The translations under genes were made by a program, and so were the position numbers. DNA of 63,323 nt, filler included. It is 8 parts of 8 records of this genome, joined end to end, with 100 filler letters (N's around TTAATTAATTAA, not from the genome) between each part and the next. Parts side by side here need not be neighbours in the genome. Positions count along the whole stretch, not along the records: positions 1 to 5,951 come from SRR31156797_26424; positions 6,052 to 14,937 come from SRR31156797_26429; 6 more parts are not named here. One strand, 5' to 3'. Shown here one piece after another: positions 1-8,482 of the stretch. The notes under the pieces were generated by a model. The model was given only the letters and a program-made list of their open reading frames with translations. It was not told where the DNA came from and did not search any database. Every line of letters begins with the position of its first letter. Position 1 is the first letter of the stretch.

Positions 1-780
1 AAAAAAGAGACTTTAGAATATGAAAAAGAACTCACAACACTTCAAATAGAACTTTTAAAGTTTCAAAACTACGTAAAAGATCAAGGATTAAAGGTTCTTA
101 TGCTTTTTGAAGGACGAGATGCGGCTGGAAAAGGTGGAACGATAAAAAGAATCACAGAGCATCTTAATCCTAGGGGAGCTAGAGTAGTAGCTCTTGGGAA
201 ACCAAGTGATACTGAAAAAACGCAATGGTACTTCCAAAGATATGCTGAACACTTACCAAGTGCAGGTGAGATAGTTTTATTTGATAGATCTTGGTATAAT
301 CGTGGTGGAGTTGAACCAGTTATGGGGTTTTGTACTCCAGAAGAGCATCATGAGTTTTTAAGAGAAGTTCCTCAATTTGAAGATATGTTGGTAAAATCTG
401 GCATTATTCTTTTTAAATTTTATTTTTCTGTTTCAAAAAAAGAGCAAGCAAAAAGATTTAAAAAACGTGAAACGGATCCTTTAAAACAATATAAATTGAG
501 TCCTGTAGATAAAGAATCTCAACAGCTTTGGGATAAATATACTATTGCAAAATTTTCAATGCTTATGGCATCAAACACAGATTCTTGTCCGTGGACAATC
601 ATTAGAAGTGACAATAAGAAAAAAGCAAGACTCAATTGTATCAAACATATTTTAAATAGAGTTGATTATCCAGATCAAATAAAAGCAAAACATAATATTG
701 AAGATCCTGAAATAGTGATTAGTGGTAATGAAGAGATTAAACTTATGGAAGCTGAAAACTCTTTTGCAAAGGTGTTATAA
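1..780 (+). CDS. ppk2: Polyphosphate kinase 2, 5'-truncated
   Basis: Frame is open from base 1 (KKETLEYEKELTTLQIELLKFQ...), upstream of the called Met at 100. Walker A EGRDAAGKGG and FDRSWYNR motifs of PPK2. Confidence 0.95.
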   Translation, partial: KKETLEYEKELTTLQIELLKFQNYVKDQGLKVLMLFEGRDAAGKGGTIKRITEHLNPRGARVVALGKPSDTEKTQWYFQRYAEHLPSAGEIVLFDRSWYNRGGVEPVMGFCTPEEHHEFLREVPQFEDMLVKSGIILFKFYFSVSKKEQAKRFKKRETDPLKQYKLSPVDKESQQLWDKYTIAKFSMLMASNTDSCPWTIIRSDNKKKARLNCIKHILNRVDYPDQIKAKHNIEDPEIVISGNEEIKLMEAENSFAKVL

Positions 781-1952
781 TGAACTTAAATGAATTTGAA
801 AGAACAAAATATACAGGACTTTATAAATCGATAGAAACCCACCCTACTTTTGGAAAAAAATATGTGGCAAGGTTTCAGCTTAATAAAAAAAGATACATGA
901 AAGTTTTAGGATACGATAAAGCAGATAATTTAACAGATCTGAAAGCTTTTGGATTATTAGAAGATTATAAAAAAAGCCTCTCTCGTGGAAATAGTCCAGC
1001 AAAAGCATCTAAAGTAATCACAAAGCAGAATCAAACAAAACCTATTAAAAAAGAGGCTATAGAGGCTATTAAACAAACAGACTCTAAAACAGCCAATAAA
1101 ATTGAAAAACTTGAAGAGGAAAATAAGTTCTTTAAAGAGCTTTTAGGAAACTATAAAGCTGTAGATCTTGAAACACTTCAATTAGGAATCCAAAAGATCT
1201 ATGATAATGCTCAATTACAACAGTATCAAATAGAACTTATTAAGATGCAAAACTATCTTGAAAAAACTGGAAAAAAGATGATCATCCTTTTTGAAGGAAG
1301 AGATGCTTCTGGAAAAGGTGGAGCAATTAGACGTATGACACGATATATGAATTCACGTCATTACCGTGTAGTAGCCCTTGGAAAACCAACTGATACACAA
1401 AAAGGACAATGGTTTTTTCAAAAATATATTGAGCATTTTCCAACTGGTGGAGAGGTAGTTCTATTTGATAGATCTTGGTATAACCGTGCGATGGTAGAGC
1501 CAGTATTTGGATTTTGTACACAAACACAATATGAGATCTTTATGGAAGATGTTGTAAATTTTGAACATGATCTTGTTCGTCAAGATATTGTTCTTGTGAA
1601 GCTTTATTTTAGTGTATCAAAAGCTGAGCAACTAGCAAGATTTGAAAGTAGAAGAACAAATCCACTCAAACAATGGAAGCTTAGTGAAGTAGACCTTCAA
1701 GCACAAGATCTTTGGGATGAGTTTAGTGAGAAAAAATATGAGATGCTTAAACGTACTCACTCACGTAGTGCTCCATGGAATATTGTAAGAAGTGATGATA
1801 AACATTTAGCACGTATGGAAGCTATTAAAATAGTATTAAATAGTATTGATTATGATGATAGAAACTATTCACTTGATTTTGAACCAAATGATGAAGTAAA
1901 TATCTCTGTACAAAAAGAGCTTGCTCGTATGAGAAAGAGAAAAGATTACTAG
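780..1952 (+). CDS. ppk2: Polyphosphate kinase 2 with ~140-aa N-terminal extension
   Basis: EGRDASGKGG, FDRSWYNRAMVEPVFGFC and WKLSEVD motifs. Start overlaps the upstream stop (TAATG). Confidence 0.93.
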   Translation: MNLNEFERTKYTGLYKSIETHPTFGKKYVARFQLNKKRYMKVLGYDKADNLTDLKAFGLLEDYKKSLSRGNSPAKASKVITKQNQTKPIKKEAIEAIKQTDSKTANKIEKLEEENKFFKELLGNYKAVDLETLQLGIQKIYDNAQLQQYQIELIKMQNYLEKTGKKMIILFEGRDASGKGGAIRRMTRYMNSRHYRVVALGKPTDTQKGQWFFQKYIEHFPTGGEVVLFDRSWYNRAMVEPVFGFCTQTQYEIFMEDVVNFEHDLVRQDIVLVKLYFSVSKAEQLARFESRRTNPLKQWKLSEVDLQAQDLWDEFSEKKYEMLKRTHSRSAPWNIVRSDDKHLARMEAIKIVLNSIDYDDRNYSLDFEPNDEVNISVQKELARMRKRKDY

Positions 1953-1960
1953 AGTTTTTA

Positions 1961-1990
1961 GCTTTAATCAATTTTTGTATTGATTAAAGC
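1961..1990. terminator. Probable bidirectional terminator hairpin
   Basis: GCTTTAATCAAT-ttttgt-ATTGATTAAAGC, a perfect 12-bp stem between convergent genes. Confidence 0.7.
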
Positions 1991-2001
1991 CATTTTCTCA
2001 T

Positions 2002-2562
2002 CTATACTCTTATTTTTTCTAAGATTGTATCAATCCCTTTAAATCCACTATCAATACCACCAAAAATAGTAAACTCTTTAAGATTCATACCACAAAAGTT
2101 AATAATTTGTTCTTTAAACATATTTTTCAATCTTCTATTTGCACCTGTAAGAGTATAATAGAATTTTGGTGCTCCAGTAGTTACAAATACTTTTACATCT
2201 TTACCTTCTAAAAGCCCCTGTATTTTTCCCTCTACATATAAAAAGGCAAAACCTGAAGAAAAGTTCCAATCAAAGAAGTTTTTTAGTATTGCAGGCATAC
2301 TTCCCCACCAATACGGAAATACAAAAACTATCTCATCTGCTTTTTTTATCTTCTCTTGATAATATTTCATCTGCGGAGTTGTTTCTATACGATATGGATC
2401 ATCTGTATATGTAAAAAAAGCTTGTTGATTTTCATCTTTATAGAGGTCTATCATCTCAATATGATGATTTTCTTCTTCACTCAACTCCTTATATCTATTT
2501 GCTATAGCAAAAGATAAACTCTCTTTTTTAGGGTTTGCCACAATAATTAAAATATTTTTCAT
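2002..2562 (-). CDS. NAD(P)H-dependent (quinone) oxidoreductase, flavodoxin-like fold (MdaB/KefF type)
   Basis: ANP..SLS, ADEIVFVFPYWWGSMPAILKNFFD and TTGAP motifs. Start moved to ATG at 2562 (MKNILII), which has an AAGGAG RBS. Confidence 0.88.
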   Translation of the reverse strand: MKNILIIVANPKKESLSFAIANRYKELSEEENHHIEMIDLYKDENQQAFFTYTDDPYRIETTPQMKYYQEKIKKADEIVFVFPYWWGSMPAILKNFFDWNFSSGFAFLYVEGKIQGLLEGKDVKVFVTTGAPKFYYTLTGANRRLKNMFKEQIINFCGMNLKEFTIFGGIDSGFKGIDTILEKIRV

Positions 2563-2572
2563 AATAACTCCT

Positions 2573-2594
2573 TTTTGTACCATATAGTACAAAA
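2573..2594. promoter_or_regulatory. Palindromic operator, probably bound by the adjacent TetR
   Basis: TTTTGTAC-catata-GTACAAAA directly upstream of the oxidoreductase RBS. Confidence 0.75.
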
Positions 2595-2608
2595 TTAAAT
2601 AAAAAAAA

Positions 2609-3214
2609 TTACACTAATAACTCTTCAACAAATAGCAGTAGATCATCTGCTACATTTAAGTCAATACCAGCTTGTAAAGAAGCTATAATACCTGTATATA
2701 AAGTAAGATAACGTACTGCTAATAGCTCTGCTTGTAAGTTATTAGTAATTTCACCATTTTTTTGTCCCTCTTGAATGAATTCGCTTATAAACTTTACAAA
2801 CTCATTCATCTCTTTTTGAATAAAATCATTCAGTATTCCATATTTTTTATATGATTCTTTTCCGCAATCTATAAGTAAACATCCTTTGAGTTTTCCAGAT
2901 TTGTTCGCTGTATCTATATCATATTTTATAATAGAAACTAATGTGTTTTTTACTCCTATTTCTTTTTTTAATTCTCTAAGCAATATAAATGTTTCTTTTT
3001 TATAAAGCTCTAATGATAAAAAGAACACCTCCTCTTTTGATTGAAAGGTTCGGTAAAAACTGCTTTTTTTAATCCCCATCGCAACTAATAAATCATCTAA
3101 ACTTGTTCCCTCATAACCATGTTCCCAAAAATGGTTCATAGCTAATTTGATCACTTCGTCTTTTTCAAAAGTTTTTGGTCTACCAATACTGTTTTTTATA
3201 GATTTATTTGCCAT
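2609..3214 (-). CDS. TetR/AcrR family transcriptional regulator
   Basis: GRPKTF..FWEHGYEGTSLDDL..MGIKKSSFYRTFQSKEE helix-turn-helix; GCLL motif of NemR/ComR-like TetRs. Confidence 0.93.
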   Translation of the reverse strand: MANKSIKNSIGRPKTFEKDEVIKLAMNHFWEHGYEGTSLDDLLVAMGIKKSSFYRTFQSKEEVFFLSLELYKKETFILLRELKKEIGVKNTLVSIIKYDIDTANKSGKLKGCLLIDCGKESYKKYGILNDFIQKEMNEFVKFISEFIQEGQKNGEITNNLQAELLAVRYLTLYTGIIASLQAGIDLNVADDLLLFVEELLV

Positions 3215-3220
3215 AGTTGA

Positions 3221-3274
3221 ATTTTAGCACTACTTGGTACAAAAGTCAAGAGTTTTGTACTAAATAGTTTCAAA
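3221..3274 (-). promoter_or_regulatory. Sigma70-type promoter of tetR overlapped by two operator copies
   Basis: Minus strand TTGACT (3249-3244), 17-nt spacer, TGcTAAAAT (-10 at 3226-3221). Operator-like TTTAGCAC-N6-GTACAAAA at 3223-3244 and TTTTGTAC-N6-GTTTCAAA at 3253-3274. Confidence 0.7.
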
Positions 3275-3381
3275 TATAAAAACAGATGATATTAATCGAT
3301 ACAAAAATAGAATTTAGATATAATGAATTTTTACATGCACAAGTTTTATACATATATTATTTAAAGGAAATATTCTATTAA

Positions 3382-5328
3382 ATGGCTCTCATTGATCTTC
3401 AAAAAATAAATAAACAATACGATATAAAAGTTATTCTCAAAGATGTGGATTTTACTCTTTTAGAGGGACAAAGAATTGCCGTAATTGGTCAAAATGGACA
3501 GGGAAAATCTACTCTAATGAAAATCATCACTGGTGATGTAGAGCCTGATAGTGGTGAAATTGCTATTGATAAATCGATAAAAGTAGAGATGTTAGAACAA
3601 CAGCCTAAGTTTCAAAGTGGAATTAGTGTAAGAGAAGCGATTGAAGCACAACTTGTGGAAATAAAACAGGCAAAAGATGAGTTTGAAAAGATCACTTTAA
3701 AGCTTAGCAGTGATTTTGAAAATAAAGAGCTTTTAACTAAGCAAGCTGAGCTTACTACATATCTTGATCTTCATAATGCTTGGGATATAGATAATAAGGT
3801 TGAGAGAGTCTTACAAGAGTTTCAGCTCAAAGAGTATGAAGACAAAGATGTGACTCTTTTAAGTGGGGGTGAGCAAAGAAGAGTGGGACTTGCTGCACTT
3901 CTTTTAAAAAAACCAGATATTCTTTTACTTGATGAACCTACAAACCACCTTGATGTATATATGGTCGAATTTTTAGAACAAGTTTTATTAAAAGAGAAAT
4001 TTACCCTTTTATTTATCTCACATGATAGATATTTTATTGATAATATTGCTACAAGTATTCTTGAAGTAGAAGGTGGTGAGCTTCGTAAGTTTGATGGAGG
4101 ATATACAAAATATCTTGATGCAAAACAAAAGATACTTGAAAATATGCAAAAAGAGCATGAAAACTTAGTACGACAACTGAGAGCAGAAGCCCATTGGATG
4201 CAACATGGGGTAACTGCTAGAAGAAAAAGGAATGAAAGAAGAAAAGCAGAATATTTTGAACTTAAAAAACAGGTAAAAAGTAATCCTGGAAGAATAAAAA
4301 AGATGACTGTAGATCTAGAGAGAGAACAACAATCATTTCAAAATAGTGGTGAAAATAAGAATAAAAGAAAGATGCTTTTTGAGATAGATAATATCTATAA
4401 AAAACTTGGGAATAAAGAGCTTATCAAAGATTTTACCACTAGAATTTTACAGCGTGATACTATAGCAATAGTAGGACCAAATGGAGCTGGAAAATCAACT
4501 ATATTAAAAATCCTTTTAGGACGTATGGATATAGATAGTGGAAAAATCAAACAAGGTGATTTTAAAATAGGATATTTTGATCAACATCGAGAGATGCTTG
4601 ATGATGATAAAACTATCATGCACACTTTTTGTCCAAATGGTGGAGACAGGGTTGAGCTAAATGATGGACGAAATATGCATGTTTTTGGATATCTTAAAAA
4701 CTTTCTTTTTCCTAAAGAGTATCTTGATAAAAAAGTAGGAGTTTTAAGTGGAGGAGAGAAAAATAGAATTGCTCTAGCTCTTTTATTTACTAAAAAATAT
4801 GATCTTTTAATTATGGATGAACCTACTAATGATCTTGATATCCCAACAATTAATATCTTAGAAGAGTATCTTATGAACTTTACAGGAGCACTTCTTTTTG
4901 TAAGTCATGATAGATATTTTGTAGATAAGATTGCTAAAAAGCTTTTTGTTTTTGTAGGAAATGGTCATATTATGGAGAGTTTCCAACCTTACACTGAGTA
5001 TTTAGAGATTGAAAAAGAGATTAAAGAGCTTCATTTATTAGAAACTGAACTTGCTACTGAACAAAAACAAATAGAAGTAAAAGCTGAACCTAAGAAACAA
5101 ACAAAACTAAGTTATAAAGACCAAAGAGAGTATGATCTACTTCCAAATGAGATTGAAGAGCTTGAAGAGAAAATAGAAGTGTTAAATGAGTGTATGTCAA
5201 ATCCTGAATGTTATCAAGAGAAAGGATTGGTAGCTTTAAGTGGTGAACTTGAAGCTCTAAATGAAACCTATGAGCAAAAAGTTGAAAGATTCTTACAGCT
5301 TGAAGAGCTCCAAGAGAGTTTCAACTAA
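3382..5328 (+). CDS. ABC-F family ATPase (Uup-like)
   Basis: Two ABC cassettes (GQNGQGKST/LSGGE/DEPTNHLD and GPNGAGKST/LSGGE/DEPTNDLD), no TM segments, C-terminal KLSYK coiled-coil. Confidence 0.92.
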   Translation: MALIDLQKINKQYDIKVILKDVDFTLLEGQRIAVIGQNGQGKSTLMKIITGDVEPDSGEIAIDKSIKVEMLEQQPKFQSGISVREAIEAQLVEIKQAKDEFEKITLKLSSDFENKELLTKQAELTTYLDLHNAWDIDNKVERVLQEFQLKEYEDKDVTLLSGGEQRRVGLAALLLKKPDILLLDEPTNHLDVYMVEFLEQVLLKEKFTLLFISHDRYFIDNIATSILEVEGGELRKFDGGYTKYLDAKQKILENMQKEHENLVRQLRAEAHWMQHGVTARRKRNERRKAEYFELKKQVKSNPGRIKKMTVDLEREQQSFQNSGENKNKRKMLFEIDNIYKKLGNKELIKDFTTRILQRDTIAIVGPNGAGKSTILKILLGRMDIDSGKIKQGDFKIGYFDQHREMLDDDKTIMHTFCPNGGDRVELNDGRNMHVFGYLKNFLFPKEYLDKKVGVLSGGEKNRIALALLFTKKYDLLIMDEPTNDLDIPTINILEEYLMNFTGALLFVSHDRYFVDKIAKKLFVFVGNGHIMESFQPYTEYLEIEKEIKELHLLETELATEQKQIEVKAEPKKQTKLSYKDQREYDLLPNEIEELEEKIEVLNECMSNPECYQEKGLVALSGELEALNETYEQKVERFLQLEELQESFN

Positions 5329-5579
5329 AACTCATAAATATAAAGATGTTTGTGGTGTCTTAGGTCATACCACATAGATTTTTTAGCTATCATTAATGGT
5401 ATTACATTATCTTCTTCATGTCTATCTTGCTTTGAAACTTCTAGAATATTGACATATTCTAGATCCTCTGCAAGCTTATGTTCAAGGATATATTGTCCAC
5501 AACTCTCCTGAGATTCTGAAAGTAAAACAGCAATTATCTGATGCTCTTTTACTACTTGAAATAGTTTTTTTGTACTCAT
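5325..5579 (-). CDS. Hypothetical protein (84 aa)
   Basis: ATG start with upstream GGA; fills the gap between genes; no recognisable motif. Confidence 0.55.
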   Translation of the reverse strand: MSTKKLFQVVKEHQIIAVLLSESQESCGQYILEHKLAEDLEYVNILEVSKQDRHEEDNVIPLMIAKKSMWYDLRHHKHLYIYEF

Positions 5580-5726
5580 GATCTATCCATTTATTTTATA
5601 TTTTTATTATTTTAGCAAAATAAAAATTTGAACTAAATTGAATGAAAATTATAAGTTTTTATGACAAGTTCGACTTTAAAGGTGTTTTCGATAAAATTCG
5701 CTAAAGAAGAATAAGGTAACTAGGAA

Positions 5727-5951
5727 TTGAATAATAAATTTGACTATACAACTATAAGCGACGATTGTATTAAATGTGGTAAATGTAAACCTGTTTGTAC
5801 TATTTTTAATGTAAATCAAGATGAAACAACAAGCCCTAGGGGATTTATTGACCTTCTTGGTGCTTATAAAAGAGATGAATTAGAATTAGACAAAAATGCT
5901 AAAGATATTTTTGAAAGCTGCTTTTTATGTACAAACTGTGTTGATGTTTGT
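5727..5951 (+). CDS. (Fe-S)-binding protein, GlcF/GlpC-like, 3'-truncated
   Basis: CIKCGKCKPVC, SPRG and CFLCTNCVDVC 4Fe-4S motifs; runs into the linker. Confidence 0.85.
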
Positions 5952-6051
5952 NNNNNNNNNNNNNNNNNNNNNNNNNNNNNNNNNNNNNNNNNNNNTTAAT
6001 TAATTAANNNNNNNNNNNNNNNNNNNNNNNNNNNNNNNNNNNNNNNNNNNN
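5952..6051. other. Artificial contig linker
   Basis: N44-TTAATTAATTAA-N44; stops in all six frames. Confidence 0.99.
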
Positions 6052-6052
6052 T

Positions 6053-6382
6053 TTTATTGCAGGAGTTTTAACAATTTTAGGGTATTCTATTAATGATACA
6101 ATTGTTGTTTTCGATAGAATCAGAGAAGTTTATAGAAGAAACAGAAATGCTGATTTAGGAGAAATAATCAATACAAGTATCAATGATGTTATGACTAGAT
6201 CGATCAATACTTCATTAACAACTTTCTTAGCTGTATTTGCAATACTTTTATTTGGTGGAGCAAGTTTAAAAACATTTATGGCAACTCTATTAATCGGGGT
6301 ATTATCAGGTACATATTCATCAATTTTCGTAGCGAGTCCTGTTGTTTATGCTTTAGAGAAGAAAACAGGAATCAAAGCTTAG
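6053..6382 (+). CDS. secF: Protein translocase subunit SecF, C-terminal fragment
   Basis: Frame is open from the contig edge: FIAGVLTILGYSINDTIVVFDRIRE...RSINTSLTT...GTYSSIFVASP. Confidence 0.93.
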   Translation, partial: FIAGVLTILGYSINDTIVVFDRIREVYRRNRNADLGEIINTSINDVMTRSINTSLTTFLAVFAILLFGGASLKTFMATLLIGVLSGTYSSIFVASPVVYALEKKTGIKA

Positions 6383-6400
6383 ATTTTTTAGGAGGGAAAA

Positions 6401-6607
6401 ATGAGATATTCACATGAATTAATTGGAAAAAATGCAGGAGCGATTTGGCAATCTTTATCTGAAACTTCAGGACAGAGTTTATCGATGCTTGAAAAAAATA
6501 CTAAACTGAAAAAAGAAGATATTCTTTTAGCTCTAGGATGGCTTTTCAAAGAAGGAAAGTTATCTTGTGAGCAAGTTGGAAGAGGCATGAAATTTTATCT
6601 TGTATAG
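6401..6607 (+). CDS. Small winged-helix protein (DUF2582-like)
   Basis: IGKNAGAIW...LALGWLFKEGK pattern; strong AGGAGG RBS. Confidence 0.8.
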   Translation: MRYSHELIGKNAGAIWQSLSETSGQSLSMLEKNTKLKKEDILLALGWLFKEGKLSCEQVGRGMKFYLV

Positions 6608-6644
6608 TTTTTATTGATTGTTAGAATACTCAAAAAAATGAGTA

Positions 6645-6725
6645 GGCAGACTAAAAAGCATATTTGATAGCCAATATTTAAGAGTAGTAATTGGCTATTC
6701 AAAATAACATACTTTTTAGTCTGCC
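6645..6725. repeat. Long imperfect inverted repeat
   Basis: Outer arms GGCAGACTAAAAAG (6645-6658) / CTTTTTAGTCTGCC (6712-6725); inner arms ATAGCCAAT (6667-6675) / ATTGGCTAT (6690-6698). Confidence 0.85.
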
Positions 6726-6759
6726 GCTATTTCTTTATATTAAAAAATAAAAAATTAGA

Positions 6760-6810
6760 AATAATATATAATTAAAATTAAAGCTATTTTAATTTTAATT
6801 ATATATTATT
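6760..6810. repeat. Perfect 23-bp A/T-only inverted repeat
   Basis: AATAATATATAATTAAAATTAAA-gctat-TTTAATTTTAATTATATATTATT. Confidence 0.9.
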
Positions 6811-6867
6811 AAATAAAGAGTTAATTGAGCTCGAATAAATAAACAAGAGCTCATGAAGTGAGGAAGA

Positions 6868-7989
6868 ATGAGAACCTGGGCAGAGATTAATTTAGATAAC
6901 TTATTACATAATTTAGAAATAATTAAAAACTATGCAAATAATAGAGAGATATTATGTGTTTTAAAAGCTAATGCTTATGGCCATGGGGCTGTAGAAATTG
7001 CAAAATTTTTATCAACTAACGGAGTAAACATTTTTGCTGTTGCCTGTCTTGATGAAGCAGAAGAATTGAGAAGAGCAGGAATAACAAAAGAGATCGCAAT
7101 TTTGGGCTGTATTACCGAAGAAGATTGGAAAAGAGCCTGTGACTTAGATGTTCAAATTACTTTATCATCTTTCGAGAATATTAAATTTATAGAAAATTTA
7201 GATATATACCCTAAAGTTCATATAGCGATTGATACTGGTATGGGGAGACGAGGTTTTACACCGAAAGATGCTGAAAAAGCCATTGACTATATTGTAAAAA
7301 ATAAGATCGCTAATATAGTTGGTTTATACTCTCACTTGTCTTGCGCAGATGCAAGTTTAGAAGATGAGTATACCAAAGTTCAAATAGAGAAGTTTAAAAA
7401 ATTTGAAGATTATGACTTCAAATACTATCACTTATTTAATAGTGCGGGAATCTTTTCATACGGGGATATTGAAAAAACTAATTTAGTTAGAACCGGGATA
7501 GGACTTTACGGAGTCAACCCTATGGAGTATGATTTAGATCTAAAACCTGTGTTAAAACTTAAATCCAAAGTAGTTTTTATAAAAAAAATAGAAAACGATT
7601 TATCTATATCTTATATGAGAACCTATGAAGCGAAAAAAAATGAAGTAATTGCAACGATTCCGGTTGGTTATGCCGATGGTTTAAATAGGAGCTTATCTAA
7701 TAAAGGTTATGTAAAAATCAGAGGAGTAAAATGTGCTATTGTTGGTCGTGTTACAATGGATCAAATAATGGTAAAAATACCTGAGGAGATACAAGCGCAA
7801 ATATCTATAGGGGATGAAGTCCTTATTTTTGATGATAATCTAAATGAGCTTGCTAGCTTGGCAGGGACAATTTCTTATGAACTTCTTACATCGATAATGC
7901 CAAGAGTTACAAGAATTTATTATAAAAATGGTAATAAAATTGTTGAAACGAATCTTTTGGAAAGGAAAACATATGAAGAATATCTTTAA
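6868..7989 (+). CDS. alr: Alanine racemase
   Basis: VLKANAYGHG PLP-lysine motif, DTGMGRRG, GYADG, GRVTMDQ, TISYE. Confidence 0.97.
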   Translation: MRTWAEINLDNLLHNLEIIKNYANNREILCVLKANAYGHGAVEIAKFLSTNGVNIFAVACLDEAEELRRAGITKEIAILGCITEEDWKRACDLDVQITLSSFENIKFIENLDIYPKVHIAIDTGMGRRGFTPKDAEKAIDYIVKNKIANIVGLYSHLSCADASLEDEYTKVQIEKFKKFEDYDFKYYHLFNSAGIFSYGDIEKTNLVRTGIGLYGVNPMEYDLDLKPVLKLKSKVVFIKKIENDLSISYMRTYEAKKNEVIATIPVGYADGLNRSLSNKGYVKIRGVKCAIVGRVTMDQIMVKIPEEIQAQISIGDEVLIFDDNLNELASLAGTISYELLTSIMPRVTRIYYKNGNKIVETNLLERKTYEEYL

Positions 7990-8482
7990 ATTTCGAAGAA
8001 AATCAAGTATAATAACCTTACTAGATATCGTTGTAATTTCTCTAATGTTTGTTTTTCTTAGAGGGTATTTTCAGACAACAAAAGTCATTTTAACTGATAA
8101 AAAAGACGGAATCAAATTTATTTCGTCACTACAAAGAAAAAGAATATACACAAATGAGTTTTTAGTATGTATTCTTAAAATTGAGAATACAAAAAAAACT
8201 CAAAGAGAATTAACTTTTACACGTAAAGTTCCGTTGAATATAATAATAGAGAAGAGCGGCGAAATACTATTTAAAAGAGATATAACTGATAGTGTACTAA
8301 GAGAAAAGCGTAATATTAGGTTAGGTATGGGCTCTAAATTAACTTTTACTTATTTATGGAACCTTGTAGATTTGAATGGAAATAAAGCAGAGCCGGGAAT
8401 TTATCAAGTTATTATTTACAACAAGGATTTTGACATTAATCATAGTTTTGATTTTGAAATAATAGAGGAGGCTGCAAAGTAA
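7973..8482 (+). CDS. Membrane-anchored hypothetical protein with BsuPI-like Ig-fold domain
   Basis: N-terminal TM helix; LTFT...WNLVDLNGNKAEPGIYQV pattern. Start moved to ATG 7973 (AAAGGA RBS). Confidence 0.6.
   Translation: MKNIFKFRRKSSIITLLDIVVISLMFVFLRGYFQTTKVILTDKKDGIKFISSLQRKRIYTNEFLVCILKIENTKKTQRELTFTRKVPLNIIIEKSGEILFKRDITDSVLREKRNIRLGMGSKLTFTYLWNLVDLNGNKAEPGIYQVIIYNKDFDINHSFDFEIIEEAAK

Noticed and set aside
780-1000. Integrase/prophage remnant suggested by the Arm-like sequence
   Set aside because: It is in frame with an intact PPK2, and there is no catalytic integrase domain or att site nearby. It is treated as a domain fusion instead.
5996-6007. Recurrent TTAATTAATTAA palindrome as a biological repeat or CRISPR-like element
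   Set aside because: It is always centred in N44 runs and is a six-frame-stop assembly linker.
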